This document shows, piece by piece, positions 1 through 13,586 of a stretch of DNA of 64,000 bases. This DNA is from Eledone cirrhosa (taxonomy: Eukaryota), in assembly GCA_964016885.1 (NCBI GenBank), contig OZ024746.1:21700001-21764000 (forward strand), in the 5' to 3' direction. How positions within the stretch are numbered: the stretch's first letter is position 1; the number at the start of each line of letters is the position of its first letter. The notes under the pieces were generated by a model, which made no database searches, was not told the origin of the DNA, and was given only the letters and a program-made list of their open reading frames with translations. The position numbers and the translations under genes are program-made.

Positions 1-520
1 ATATTTACATTTTTATTTTTCTATATTTACTCATACAAATACTATGAATGAGATCTTGTCACAGTTTGATGAATGACATTCAACTTAACTTATTCTAATC
101 CCCAAAATGTTTATCACAATTTCTGCATCATTTATCAAATAGATGTCTGGGGATTTCTAGTAAAAAAAGACAAAAAAACATTAATGTCTTCTAAAACACA
201 AGGGATTTTTTTTTTTAAATGTATAGTGAGGCTTTTCTCGGGCTTTATAAAATTTGCACATGAAATATAAATCTCCCACTAGGCAACCTATCTCAAGGAA
301 TATTTCCAGACAATTTAATGCATATTCCTAACAATTAGATGAAATGAAGCACATAGAAATACGTGTGCTGGCCAAATACAGAACAAACCAAAATTCCTGC
401 AGTGAATTGGAATTGAAGCTCTATGAGCTGGTAGCCAAACATGCTATTTCAGCCATTTTTCTTCTCTATTTGAAAAAGAAAGAGCTTGTTGAAGATAAAA
501 GGGAACTGGAAATAATGAAA

Positions 521-597
<77 letters not shown>

Positions 598-1679
598 GCA
601 AGAAAGGAAAGAATTATAGATAAGTTTAAATAATAGAGAAAATAGAATAAAAAAGTGAATGAAAAGTATTTTTGCAATGCTGAATAGAAAATACAAAATG
701 AGTTAGGAAGAAATAAAAAGCTGCATAGGAATGGAAAAAAATAAGAGATATGGTACAAAGGGTTATTGAATGAAAAGGAATAAAAGAACAGATCAAAGAA
801 AAATGAAAGAATGTGTGAAAGAAAATATAAAGCAGAAGATATAATATACTCGTATATAAGGAAAGGATTGAAAATATAGAAATCTAAATTTCACCCAAAT
901 CCCCATGGACTTTTACAAACTAGAGTTTATCGGTTATTTTTCTGATTATATTTGTTTAAGAGATACATTCCCATCTTCTCTATAAGATGTTAGTATATCA
1001 TTGGCAATATTCTTGGATTATCTGATATCTTTCCCTATAGCTATGTGAATAAAAGACACACAAAATAGCTACTGCCTCGGAATATTCTGAAATTACAAAT
1101 AGGTTTCTATCTAAAGATATAGTAATCCTAAGAAATTTCAACATTATGGATTTAGAAATATAGTTTTTGATCATTGTTGCTGCTATTGCTGTTGGTTTTC
1201 TTGTTTTTTATTTGATCCCAGGTCAGTTCTGGTTGAGCAGAACTAAAATCACAAGTATCCAGCCATTGGCAGTGAATTGACAGAGTCACTAGAACATCAG
1301 ATAGAATGCTTTGTGATATCCATTCCTGCTCTCTCAGGTCAACTTTGCCTTTCACCCATTCAAGGTCAATAAAAAAGTACTGGAGTCAATTCTTCCTTTA
1401 TATCTATTTCTCTCTTCCATTCTCTCACTCTCTATCCTTCTCTGGAAAAAATATTCTGTCTGTGTTCAAACCTGGAGAGAAGAATGGCTCTACCAGGCTT
1501 AAAATGCCCAAGAAATACTAGATGCCACTATGGCACCCTTAGACTCCCTCTGGAGTTACAGGACCAAACAACATCCGTCCATTACGATCACATCTTTTTC
1601 CTAGGTACAATGAACCCAGGACCAAATTAATCTTGTTTTCTAAGATGACAGGGCATGATAAGATGAAAACGTATCTCTT

Positions 1680-1850
1680 CATCATCGTTTTTACATCCTT
1701 TTTCCAATGCTTGCATGAGTTGGACAGGTCCTTTTCAGCACAGCATCACTCCACATATTACAATCCTTCATCATCTCCACTCTGAGTTTCAGAAATTTGA
1801 GATCTGCTCTCACGACCTCTGTCCAGGTCTTCCTTGGTCTTCTACTGTGG
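1680..1850 (-). mobile_element. 3' end fragment of an RTE-clade LINE
   Basis: Similar by eye to the 3' end of the LINE at 44418-44620 (catcatc tail, cagcacagcatc, gagtttcag...tctgctctcac). Confidence 0.7.
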
Positions 1851-2529
1851 CTTCCTTCACTCATAAAATTTAATAGTTTCCTTTAACTATGTTCAGATAA
1901 TATATATATATATTATCAATTCCACACACTTTGGGAAGGGACTAGTTGATTATATGAACTCCCGTTCTTGACTGGTCCTTTTATCAACTCTTGATTGCTG
2001 AAAGATATTTTGTTGGAAGATCTAATAATTTTGCTAATCCATTACCTTTGGGATTTATATTAACTCTACCATTAGTATAATGCAGTTAAATGGATTGAAC
2101 CACAGATAATTAAGTGCATTTTCTCTTTAAAAATGAATTTGGTGCAAAGTCGTTTATGCCCATGGCAATGAAATAAAGTCTTATCCCCTTCATCTTCTAT
2201 GCACTCACTAATATGTTCCCTTTGATTAGCAACGATTGCCACTGATATTTAGTTTTTTGTCTAATAATACACATTATGGAAAAAAAAATAGTGAAATAGA
2301 TAAGTTGTACCAGTTCATAAGTTGGGGGTTACATGTATTTCATTGTCTTTCAGGACAAATCACTTTATTCTACATGTCTTTAGTATTCTAGTTCTTGAGA
2401 ATTGGTATCTTATCACCTGAAGTAGCCTCACCTAGTTACTATGATAAAACTGCTATCACAAAGACTGGCATTATCTTATCCAGGAGGAAATTTACCTTTC
2501 ATCAATTTCCCACAATGAAACAAGCTATC

Positions 2530-2830
2530 ATAAGGTTGTAAGGTCGATTCAAGGACTGGGTGATGAATTGTGTTCTTAAATAAGACATTTATTTCCCATT
2601 GCTCCAGTTAACTCAGCTGTAGAAATGAGTTGTGAAGTCATAACTACCAAGCTGTGTCAGCCATTGCCTTTCCCTTGGACAACATCAGTGGTGTGGAGAT
2701 GGGAGACTGGTATGAATAGGTGACAGCTGGTCTTCCACAAACAACCTTACCTGGGCTTGTGCCTTGGAGTAAAATTTTCCAGGTGCAAATCCCACAGTCA
2801 TTCATGACTGAAGGAGGTCTTTACTCTTTA
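2530..2830 (+). mobile_element. tRNA-derived CORE-type SINE, head eroded
   Basis: B-box-like ggtcgattc, CORE-like tgtgttcttaaataagacatttatttccc...ctcagctgtagaaatgagt, and a short repeat tail ctttactcttta. Confidence 0.6.
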
Positions 2831-3780
2831 TTATAAGGTCCCTGTGTCTCCGAGGTGGAAAAGTGTTGCTTTAATATATACACTTCACACCAGGAATCAA
2901 TTTAAACTTTCTCCATTTACTTAGATCGTTATTAATTTTAAATCAAGTTAACTGATTTTCCTTCACAGTTGACTGATGACCTAAGTGATTTTCAACAGTT
3001 CTATCTACAAATATTAAAATCATTAAAAAAAAGACGTTATAAATAACATTTTACGTTGATTTATATTTTCTAGACAGTTCCACAACTAAGACTATTTTAA
3101 TTGATAGTTACTGCTGCTATTAAATTTTAAAAAATGGTGTTGACAGAGAAATATTTCCTATAAAACACTGACCAATGAAGAATAAATGATGTATAATGAG
3201 ACTCAGAGTAATGAGATCAATTTACATTAACATATGGTAGAGGAGATATTTTCTCTTGTCAGTCACAAACTCCCTGGGGTTGGTGGTAGGATGAAATGCT
3301 CCCAAATGGTTTGTGACAGGAAGATCATCTAACCATGAAAACCATAATAAATGAGACAACGTAAAGTAGAGTGTGCACATTAGTTTTGTCAAAGATAACC
3401 TCACTATCGTTAATGGCATGTTAAAATAAAGTCATTCCACACTGTAATACGATTGGGGATATGTAGGGCATCCAACTGCAAAAAAACATGCCAAAAAATA
3501 TAGAAGGAACAAATAGATGCAATATATGATTAAAAGATATCTCCAATCTTGTCAAAAGATAATCTCTCTAATTAAACAAAAATGCCTAGATTTTGTTAAT
3601 ACTGTGAATGTTATTTACTGAAGGACTGTAGGAAGATGCTGTGAGACCCATCTGATCCATACTAGAAAAAAATAGAATAATGTATGCAAAATGATAACAC
3701 ATTTACAAAACTTCAGACTACTAACTCCTCAGCATAATATATGTGTGTGTGTGTGTGTATATATATTTATATATATATAT

Positions 3781-3925
3781 CATCATCATCATCATCATTG
3801 TTTAACGTCTATCTTCCACGCTAGCATGGGTTTAGACGGGAATTGTCCCACTTGAGGCAAGATTGGTCGGGTGACCATGTCTTGCTCGTATAGGACTGGA
3901 TGCCCTTCCTAACACCAACCACGTT
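3781..3925 (-). mobile_element. SINE 3' part with (CAT)n RTE-like tail
   Basis: Reverse complement matches 18530-18690 (gttaggaagggcatccag...gagcaagac...cctcaagtggg...aaacccatgc). Related tails at 59510-59830 and 60112-60180. Confidence 0.65.
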
Positions 3926-3960
3926 TATATATATATATATATATATATACATACACACAT

Positions 3961-3997
<37 letters not shown>

Positions 3998-5730
3998 GCT
4001 AGAGTAAGAATATAATGCCAAATCAATTGTAAGGCATTAAATGAGATAAGAAACTTATTCTATCTTTTTCTTTGATTATATATATAAATGTGTGTGTGTG
4101 TTATTTTGAAGGATACATAAAGTAGTAAATAATACAAAAAATCAATACGATTTTGATGGGATCGACAAGAAACATATAATCATCTTTTTCCTAACCCAGT
4201 CTCCAAAACACATAAGGAAAAGCATAATGCCGCACTAAAAGACATTTATTTCTCTCTCAAGGACATTGCCAATAAATTGAAAATTGAAGACTATACACCT
4301 TATTTCAATTTAAATAATTACAATAATACTTTTTTTTCCTATATCCTTCTAATCGATTAATTTACTTTTCTAAAACCAATGGAAGTGTTATTATCAATTT
4401 TATATGAGATTGCTTTCAGCTAAAATGTTAACAATTCTAGCCATTACTACTCTGGAATTCTACAAAACACAGTACTAAAGTGATTTAACCATATCCATGA
4501 CCGAAAAATCTGCATTATCTTCTTAGTTTATAAATGGGATTGATCCGTATGTGTTTTTTTTATGATCGACAAAATCACAGAACATAACTGAATACAGGTT
4601 CTTACAAAAATATGATGGAAGATTTTTAGATAAATGTAAAGACTTTAAAATAAACAGTTTTGTATCATAGAGCTAGGGATAGTTTTAGGGAGTTTTATAC
4701 CAAAAAGGTTATACAAACAGGAGTGGTTTCAGGCAGTTTTGTATCAAAAGGGTTAAAGTCACAGTTGAGAATATTTATATACATTCATTGTTATGTGGTT
4801 CTGAGGACCTTATGTTTCTGAGTTCAAGATGCTGGAGACAACTTTATTTTTTACCACTATGAAATCAATACAAATTAATAAAGAAATAAATAGGAATTGA
4901 TCAACAAGATCTCAGGCATCATTCCCTTACTGAGTGGAGGGGAACTCATCAAATCGAACTAAGGAAACAATGTTTCCATCAGTCTTTCCATTGATGATAC
5001 TATCTACTCTTCAGGTTGCTATACTTGGCAGAAAGAGCAACGTGAAATAAAGTGTCTTACTCAAGGACATAACGCATCACGTGGTCCGGGAATGAACTCG
5101 CAACCTCACGATCGCGAATCCAATTCTCGAACACCTAAGTCACACACTATCTGTGCATAACAAATCCTTTTAGATCATATTGTCTATGCTAAATCTATTT
5201 CACAAATGAAACCACTTGAAATTTATATAATTCTAAAAGCTAGAAAACGTGATGTTTTCTATAACAATTCAATTGGACACAAAATGTATTGTTTTGATTC
5301 ATTTGACTGTACCATGAGACCTAAGGGTTCTAAGTAAATAAGTGATTTTAATGGATTATTTATTGCGAATGCTCTACAAAGTATATTTCCTTTCTTTCAG
5401 GACGGTCGTTGCAGAAATGTTCGTCTATTTCATTTAAGACGTAACAATTACTCTCTATTAAAAAACTTTTCGTTAAAGATTTAAATTTTAAAATTCTGTC
5501 GATCACCTATTCAAATCATTAGCTTTTTGAATTTATCTAGTTTTTCAAAACCACAAGAAACCCAATGGAATATCGCTTTACTTAAATAAACACTATAACA
5601 ACTCCAAACATATTCTTAATAATTATGGTCACAATACTTAAAAACCTTTGTTTATTTTCTAAGAACCATTTTTAATGAGACCTAGCATCCTTATAACGAT
5701 GCTCCTAAAACGTTGTTTAACTTGTGAAAT

Positions 5731-5901
5731 GGTGTCCTTGGTCCTAAGACCACCTCCCCACTCACTACCAACGACACGAAGTTGGCTACCCGCATGTGTG
5801 AGCCTCGCGAGCTGAAATGGCTCTTCCAATACGTCTCTCTCACCATCCTCCGGGGAAACAGCTTCTCTATTCTGTCCGCCGAGGACGTGGAACGTCCATG
5901 A
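5731..5901 (+). mobile_element. C-terminal restriction-like endonuclease fragment of a CRE-like non-LTR retrotransposon
   Basis: Manual translation GVLGPKTTSPLTTNDTKLATRMCEPRELKWLFQYVSLTILRGNSFSILSA aligns with 36720-36880 and with the CRE-type ETxGxxG...LFQRxSxxxxRGN motif. Confidence 0.7.
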
Positions 5902-6189
5902 CATCGGCTTCCATTTGCTTATAATAATAAGAGGTGGGGATTGCGAGAGACGGAGGCAGTTACTATACCAGCATTGCTGAAGTATTTTGTAGAGTTCAAG
6001 TGAGATAAAAATATGAGGAAGAGAAAAAGGCAAACTCTGCACCTTTGTTGGTCTACTTAATAAAATTTTAAAGCTGTTACCAAACTCTAGCATCATCTAT
6101 TAAAATAAAAGAAAAAATGCCAAAAGAAAAAATAATTCTTACTACTACTATTACATTCATTCACTTTTTTGAGGTGATATTATAAAACC

Positions 6190-6420
6190 TTTCCATCTCA
6201 TACGATCCAACATTGACTACTTCAGTTCTTCACCGGATAATTCTGTATCTTCTTCAATGACTTTTTAAATGTCTTATGAGGTGTTCCGCATTTACCTCTC
6301 ATAGTAAATGATTTATAGCAGATTCGTTGCCTCTTATGATATGACCTGCAAGTTGAAGACGCCCGATACGGATGGTATGGCTAATGGGCGGAGGGTTGCC
6401 GTTGAGAATTCGGATAGCCC
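6190..6420 (-). mobile_element. RTE-like LINE ORF C-terminal relic
   Basis: Reverse strand reads PPISHTIRIGRLQLAGHIIR and then VIEEDTELSGEELK*SMLDRMRW, typical of the RTE C-terminus. Confidence 0.65.
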
Positions 6421-7159
6421 CCCAATATTCTCTAAATGTTACTTCACTCATAGCCGAATTTTGTTTGAAACTTTTATTCTAACACTTTTCACCGAATCGC
6501 AACTATCATAAAATATTCAATAAAAATATTTTCGAAAATTTCATGCCCTGCTACACATAACTTCTCACATGTTATCGCTATGTCTAATCTTGTTAAATTA
6601 AGCTAAACCTAAAGTAATTTCATTATTCTATCTCTAATTGTAACTGTCCTACGCAGAATACTTGTTCTCTCCATGAAATTGCTTAGCGAAGGAATTAGTG
6701 TATTGTACCACAATTAATACTAATTCTTCTTTATCTTATAAATGTATCTTTATCCAGTAAATTGATTGCCAACCAATCTAAAAACAATTTCATAAACAAT
6801 CAATCTTTCTAAAATTTCAACAAGTCGTCGATCACATTTTATAATTTTTTTCTTTTTTTTTCTTTTCATATATTTGATTTTAAAGGGTTCTCATATTAAT
6901 TTTAACATTACTTCGAAAATGTTATTATTCGCTAAAATCACACAATTTCAACAAAAAATCATATCAACTGATTATTGTGATATGGTTGAGATAACTTCCG
7001 TAAAAGTAAAAACTAACAAAAACAAGAAATTTCTTGCCCTCACAATATCAACGTTTTCCCAGCAATAGCATATAGAAGGAATTTTTTTATTTTTTTTAAA
7101 GTGGAACAGTGATATTTTAATCGCGGAATTAATCTGGGTCTTCTAAACAAAGCAAACAT

Positions 7160-7305
7160 GAAGGAACAGCCGAACTCCCACTGTCATCGCCTCCATTTCT
7201 CTGGCCCTCCCCATCTTTCCGTATGGTGAGCAAATGGGGTCCCACGTGCTGGCCTCCCGGCAGCCCCACAGCGGACAGAATGGAGAAGGCGTTTCCCCGG
7301 AGACG
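7160..7305 (-). mobile_element. CRE-like retrotransposon 3' end fragment
   Basis: 7271-7302 reverse complement (ctccggggaaacgccttctccattctgtccgc, LRGNAFSILSA) matches 5848-5879. Confidence 0.6.
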
Positions 7306-8059
7306 ATGCCTAATGGTCGGTTACACATGCTCTAAAATATGAAAGCACATATCTTCGACAGGGGAGACAATTATAGTGTTCCAAGCTGATCCTGCAGAAA
7401 ATCTCAATCAAGTTTACTAAACCAAATTTACAAAATGTTCCTTTTAACTAATTAATTGATTCCTTCCATTTGTCGCTAATTACTGCCCTTGACAATTAGC
7501 ACGTATTCAGTACAGATATTTAAACAAAACTAAATTTAATAATAATCCCTCTTTTATTTTTGATGATTTTGTGTTAAAGAATAAAAACTAATTATAAAAT
7601 AGAAATCTATTTTTAAAAGATGAGGCCTCTGAGGGTGTGCGGTCCTAAGCTATAGCTTATTTAGGTTCTAAATAAGTCCAACACGACTTCAGAAGATAAC
7701 TAGATCACAGGCTTAAACGCATCTAACATTAATAAATCTTCCCAATTAGATAAGACTCCAGAAATCCTTCCATACACTTCTGTACACATATGCACAACAC
7801 ATGCTAGCATTATAGACACCAACATAACAACAATAACCTCTTAGAATTACTCATCTCAAACAAAATATTTTACATAAATATATATATATGTATGTATATA
7901 TATATATATATATATATGAATAAATTTAGTCCTTCATCGGTGATCTTCCAACCTTCATTGGTATTTCATCGCTTTTATATATATGTAAGTAGTTTCATTT
8001 AAAGATGCATTTGTGGTTAAAATTGGAGACAAAAATATGTTTATACACTTCAAACGCAA

Positions 8060-8295
8060 ATGTAAAAATCTAAAGTATGTCTCAAGCCCGGTGACTCATC
8101 AGACCGGTGCGTGTCCCAGTTTCCGTGGAGTGAAGCGACTGAGAGAAAAAGACCGTCGCAGGTTTAAAGTCTATCTGGAGCTCGGTGGCTCAACAAATCG
8201 GTGCTTATCCCGGTTTCCATGGCGTGAAGTGACAGGCATTATAAGACCCCCACCCCGGACAGGACGCCTGTCCATCGCGGGGCTAAATCCCCAGC
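8060..8295 (-). mobile_element. two tandem 3' fragments of the CORE-type SINE family
   Basis: Reverse complements of the 3' region of the SINEs at 15401-15688 and 27341-27590 (cgcttcacgccacg-aaac-gggataagc). Confidence 0.6.
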
Positions 8296-8296
8296 T

Positions 8297-8885
8297 ACTA
8301 CATACAACACACTCTCTCACATTTCTCGCTCTCTCAGTAGAGCACCAAATTCTCTCCTCCCTCTCTCTATTCCACTACATTACTCACTCTCTTTCACTTT
8401 CTAAACTCCCTCTCTCTCACTTGGCTAATAAACTCTCACCCCTCTCTATAACCCACTACATACCTCACTCTCTCACTAGACCACCAAATTCTCCCCCCCC
8501 CCTCTTTATATTCCACTACATTACTCACTCTCTTTCACTCTCTTAATTCTCCTCTCTCATAAAACCAACAAATACCCCCCCCCCCCCCCCCCCGCTCTCT
8601 ATATCCCACTTCATACCTCACTCTCACTCATAATTTCCCCTCTTTAGATTCCACTATATACCTCACTCTCTCTCACTCTCACAATACCCCCTCTCTCACT
8701 AAGCCAATAAACTCTCCCCCGCTCTCTATATCTCACTACATACAACACACTCTCTCACATTTCTCGCTCTCTTAGTAGAGCACCAAATTCTCTCCCTCCT
8801 CTCTCTATTCCACTACATTACTCACTCTCTTTTACTTTCTAAACTCCCTCTCTCTCACAATTCCTCTCTCTCACTAGACCACCAA
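8297..8885. repeat. degenerate CT-rich tandem repeat
   Basis: Recurring ccactacat(t)actcactctct(c)tcact units. 8297-8418 is nearly duplicated at 8735-8858. Confidence 0.75.
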
Positions 8886-8923
8886 ACGTGTATATATATA
8901 TATATATGTATACACACACACAC

Positions 8924-9035
<112 letters not shown>

Positions 9036-9149
9036 GTGTGTGTGTGTGTGTGTGTAAAAGGTAAACAGAAATAACAACACAATCAGTACAGTATATGGAA
9101 GGAATATATTGGGTTAACGCTTGAAACAGCAGGAATATATGTATATACA

Positions 9150-10285
9150 AAAAACATCATAATAGAAACAACACCTTCTTAAACTACCTTAACTCCACTA
9201 TTAAAGGATTTATAATAAAAATAGAAAAATCATAGTACATGCAGATAAAAGTAATAATATATATAGCTTAGATTACGATACTTATAGAAAATGTATATAT
9301 AAGGAACTGCATAGGAGCTATAAGAAAACTACTACTAAAAGCCTAGAAGATATAAAAATTGAAGGCCGTAATATAGTGAGTAAATTGGGACTTCAGAGAC
9401 ATACACAGCCATACACCCCTAATCCCCCAAGATTCTCTCTGAAGGACCATAAGGAAGACTTCATTAGTAACCCTTCAATTAGACAGATTTGCCCTTCCAA
9501 GTCTGACATTGGTATTATCAGCAAGAAAATATTAGATAAAATCATCCCACAATTTAAGCACAAAATATACCTTAACCAATGGGGAAATACGGGTGAGGTT
9601 ATTGAATGGTTCAAGGATATTAAAGAGTGTAAAAATAAAAAAATTATACAATTTGATATCAATTCTTACTACACCTCTATTTCCCCTATCCTATTAAATA
9701 AGGCTCTAATTATGGCCATGAACAATAGTGACCTGACTAGATCCCAAATTGATGTCATACTTGCGGCCCGAAAAACCATAATTACATTTGAAGAACAATT
9801 ATGGACCCGCAAGGATACGCATAACAACTTCGACATAACCATGGGATCAAGTGACTCGGCGCAGGTCACCGATTTGGTGGACCTATACCTACTTAATGAA
9901 ATCCATAAGAACCTACTCTACCTCAACGGTGGTTTATACCGCGATGATGCACTTCTTCTCATAGACTATAAAAAATTTAATATAGAAAAAACTAGGAAAC
10001 AGTTACACAAAATTTTCAAAAACTACAACTTAAGTATCACCTTAGATAAAAACACTAAAAACGTCAACTTCCTTGACGCTACTCTTAGCCTAGACTCTAG
10101 AATATACACACCCCATCATAAACCTAACGAAAACCTAATTTATGTGAACACCAACTCTAACCACCCTGAATCCATATTAAACTCCATTACCAAAGGAATA
10201 TCTAATAGAATCTCTAATCTATCATATAATGAAACTATATTTAACAATAATTCACAATACTATAATGAGACCTTAGCTAATATAG
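9150..10285 (+). mobile_element. Penelope-like element reverse transcriptase, truncated (ORF 9376-10302)
   Basis: PLE RT motifs QFDINSYYTSI, ITMGSSDSAQVTDLVDLYLL, GGLYRDD, VNFLDATL and YVNTNSNHP. No GIY-YIG domain follows in frame. Confidence 0.9.
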
Positions 10286-11319
10286 GAGAACTTCCAAATT
10301 AGGGACAATCAGGGTACCCCACAAGTGTATGCCCTCTTCCATTTTTCTTATTTGACCTACAGGCTCATGCTGAAAGTAGAACCATTCAATTCTGCTATAT
10401 TCGCCTCGGTCACTCATATTTTATAAAATTCACAAGAGGAGAGCATCTCCCTCTCCACATACACATTTGTTTTTAAATGGAATTTGAAAACAATCGATGA
10501 AAGCTTGACCAAAGAAGGCCTATCAACTCTGGGATCTTGACGAAGTTTTAGGGTTTCACCTGGATCAAAATCTCTTGTCATCGCTGGTGGTTCGCCTTCC
10601 TGGGGTGTCTGGTGATGCCCGTGAGGGTGTTTGGTTGTTTCAGTGCCTTAGCCTCGCCATCACCCATGGTAATGTTGCGAGCGTATTGGCTTGCCTCAAA
10701 ATATTCTGTTGACCCTTGTGATGTGCGGCCGATTGTCGCACTAGGTAGTGAAATGATGGTCGTTTTTGTTTTTGTTTCCTTTTTTTCTTTCTCTTGCGCT
10801 GGCCACGAATTTTGGTGTGTTGTATTTGTGATGGCCCAGCAATGGTTAATTGTATTTATTATATATGTTTAGATTTGTGTTTGTGTTTTCATTCTGAAGG
10901 AATTGTAAGCAATTTGTAATGTTATTTATGTATATATTTAAGACTTAATAAAAGTACGTAGACAAAAAAAAAACAATAACTTCCCTTATTCGAATACATA
11001 TTGTTTAAAATAACAGTACAGCTCTGTTGTTTTTGTTTTTTTCTCTATTTCGTTTGATGGATGACAGGATGTGTCAACCACAATCATTTTATCTTCTGCC
11101 ATTGAAGGAGTGTGGTACTCACGTTAAAATGACCGAGTTAAAAATTTCAGTCATGGAGTGTCATTTCAAATTCTACAACACAGCTGCGACCAACAGGCTA
11201 CTTTATGGTTTTTGACAAGTTTTAAAACTTGAACGAAATGTTAGAGTTGAGGAAAAACTCGAAAGTCCTAAAATTTTATGGAGCCGAGAAGAAGCGTGGC
11301 TTTCACCTCAGTAGTCAAT

Positions 11320-11530
11320 AATAATGATTTCTTATATAGGCACAAGGCCAGCAATTTGGGGGGAGGGGAAAGTCGATTGAATGGTCGATTGACTGGTACT
11401 TTATTTTATCGACCCCGTAAGGATGACAGGCAAAGTCAACCTCGGCGGGATTTGAACTCAGATCGTAAAGGGACGTAACTATGCTGGAAAGCATGGCGTC
11501 CGACCCTCTACTGATACTGCCAATCCACTA
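11320..11530 (-). mobile_element. tRNA-derived SINE with Nin-like central domain (most abundant family in the window)
   Basis: Reverse strand has A-box tggcagtatc, B-box gagttcaaatcc, then gccgaggttgactttgcct-tcatccttacggggtcgataaaataaagtaccag. A partial second copy follows to about 11650. Confidence 0.8.
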
Positions 11531-11810
11531 ATGATTTCTAATTTAGGCACAAGGACACCAAATTTAGGAGCAGGGAAAGTCGATTAAATCGACTCCAGTA
11601 CATTACTGGTACTTTATTTTATAGACCCCGTACTGATACTTTATTTTAGTAACGCACTGGAGTCGATAATCTGAAGAATTTCAAAGGCAGCTCACTGCTG
11701 GCATTTCCCGAAAAGATACATTTTCTCAGTGTATCTGAAAGCCTACACAGATGGTGAAGTTCGCACAGACAGAAGAAACTCATTCCATGGGGATTCCATT
11801 GATATTGTTG

Positions 11811-11855
<45 letters not shown>

Positions 11856-11866
11856 GCAATTCCCCA

Positions 11867-11906
<40 letters not shown>

Positions 11907-11994
11907 TGTACTTATATATATATATTATACTGTACTTATATATATATATTATACTGTACTTATATATATATGTACTTATATATATATGTACTTA

Positions 11995-12075
<81 letters not shown>

Positions 12076-12195
12076 AGGTGAGTTTTATTGTAGTACAATA
12101 AAGCAATGCAGATATCGGATAAGAAGCACTCTACAGTTTGTAGGACTGGAGTATGCATAATATAAGATCAAAAGATGGTTAAAGGAGTTCCATGT

Positions 12196-12264
12196 ATTTT
12201 ATTATGCGCATTTCAAAAACAAACATCATCATGCAACAATATCTGTGTTTTCATCAGATAAAAC
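12196..12264 (-). ncRNA. type I hammerhead ribozyme motif (mirror copy in the palindrome)
   Basis: Reverse complement of 12383-12451. Confidence 0.7.
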
Positions 12265-12382
12265 AGGAGAACATGATATGAAGGCTAAAAAACACTTGTG
12301 GATAGTGCAGTTTTAAATCAACATGTTGATTTAAAACTGCACTATCCACAAGTGTTTTTTAGCCTTCATATCATGTTCTCCT

Positions 12383-12451
12383 GTTTTATCTGATGAAAAC
12401 ACAGATATTGTTGCATGATGATGTTTGTTTTTGAAATGCGCATAATAAAAT
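12383..12451 (+). ncRNA. type I hammerhead ribozyme motif
   Basis: gttttat-CTGATGA-[aaaca...tgttt, weak stem II]-GAAA-TGCGCA-TA-ataaaat. Stem I pairs and stem III is palindromic. Confidence 0.7.
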
Positions 12452-12482
12452 ACATGGAACTCCTTTAACCATCTTTTGATCT

Positions 12483-12544
<62 letters not shown>

Positions 12545-12548
<4 letters not shown>

Positions 12549-13146
12549 AAGAATGAAACGAAATTTCATTTCTCACTCTTAGTACGGCTGTTTACAAACA
12601 AACCGAACATTATAATAAATGTTCGGTAAACCCATACGTACATATATATATGTGTGCATGTATGTATATATATATACATACTACTGTACGTCTGTATACA
12701 TATATGTATGTACGTATACATACTTAGTATCAGCCGTACTAAGAGTGAGAAATGAAATTTCGTTTGATTCTTTTCCATTTATCGTTTTCGGTACGCCCGG
12801 CCGACTAACTCACTCGACATGCAAATTAGCCTGCTCAGCCGTTAATATGCATAAGGAAAGTATATACTTTCAAACGTTCAATCATCTGACAGGAACGTAT
12901 ACGATGCTGACGATAGCTAATAAGCTTGAAACTAGTTCATCGTTCATTTGTCAGTGTTGAACAAAAGGGCAACGATGGTTGCTGAACACTGTACGGCTTA
13001 ATTTGGGCTGTTTGTTTACAAACAAACCGAACATTATAATAAATGTTCGGTAAACACATACGTACATATATATATGTGTGTGCATGTATGTATATATATA
13101 CATACTACTGTACGTCTGTATACATATATGTATGTACGTATACATA

Positions 13147-13147
<1 letters not shown>
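12545..13147 (+). mobile_element. hammerhead-bearing non-coding element (about 1.3 tandem units plus inverted tail) between (TA)n tracts
   Basis: Direct repeat 12589-12723 vs 13013-13147, inverted 12546-12590 vs 12732-12776. Same family as 17451-18090 and 55838-56030. Confidence 0.75.
12901..12943 (+). ncRNA. minimal type I hammerhead ribozyme
   Basis: acgatg-CTGACGA-t-agct(aata)agct-t-GAAA-CTAG-TT-catcgt. Perfect 6-bp stem I and palindromic stem III. Confidence 0.88.
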
Positions 13148-13226
<79 letters not shown>

Positions 13227-13464
13227 GTGGTAGAACACTGCTGGAAGGTAATATCCGTAGTGGTAGAGCACTCAGTCCATGGGACGAGTTAGGTAGAAGT
13301 GGTTACGCAACAGTTAGTTCACCGTGTGTATTTATTCAGCTCTTCTTTCATGTGTTACCAAACACCAGTATATGATTCTGCTGTGTTAATCCGCCGTCGG
13401 CAGATAGTTCCTACCTTGGACGTAAACAAAAAACAAATTGTTCAACTTACATAGAATAAAATAA

Positions 13465-13514
<50 letters not shown>

Positions 13515-13530
13515 ATAGTAGTAGTAGTAA

Positions 13531-13586
<56 letters not shown>
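13465..13586. repeat. (TAG)n microsatellite
   Basis: About 40 TAG units with two TAA interruptions. Confidence 0.95.

Larger units (their letters stand above)
12157..12490. repeat. 334-bp spacerless palindrome
   Basis: Two 167-bp arms symmetric about 12323/12324 (aaca|tgtt), with no mismatch seen by eye. Confidence 0.95.

Noticed and set aside
5659-6096. 145-aa minus-strand ORF
   Set aside because: It is the antisense shadow of the CRE-like fragment on the + strand.
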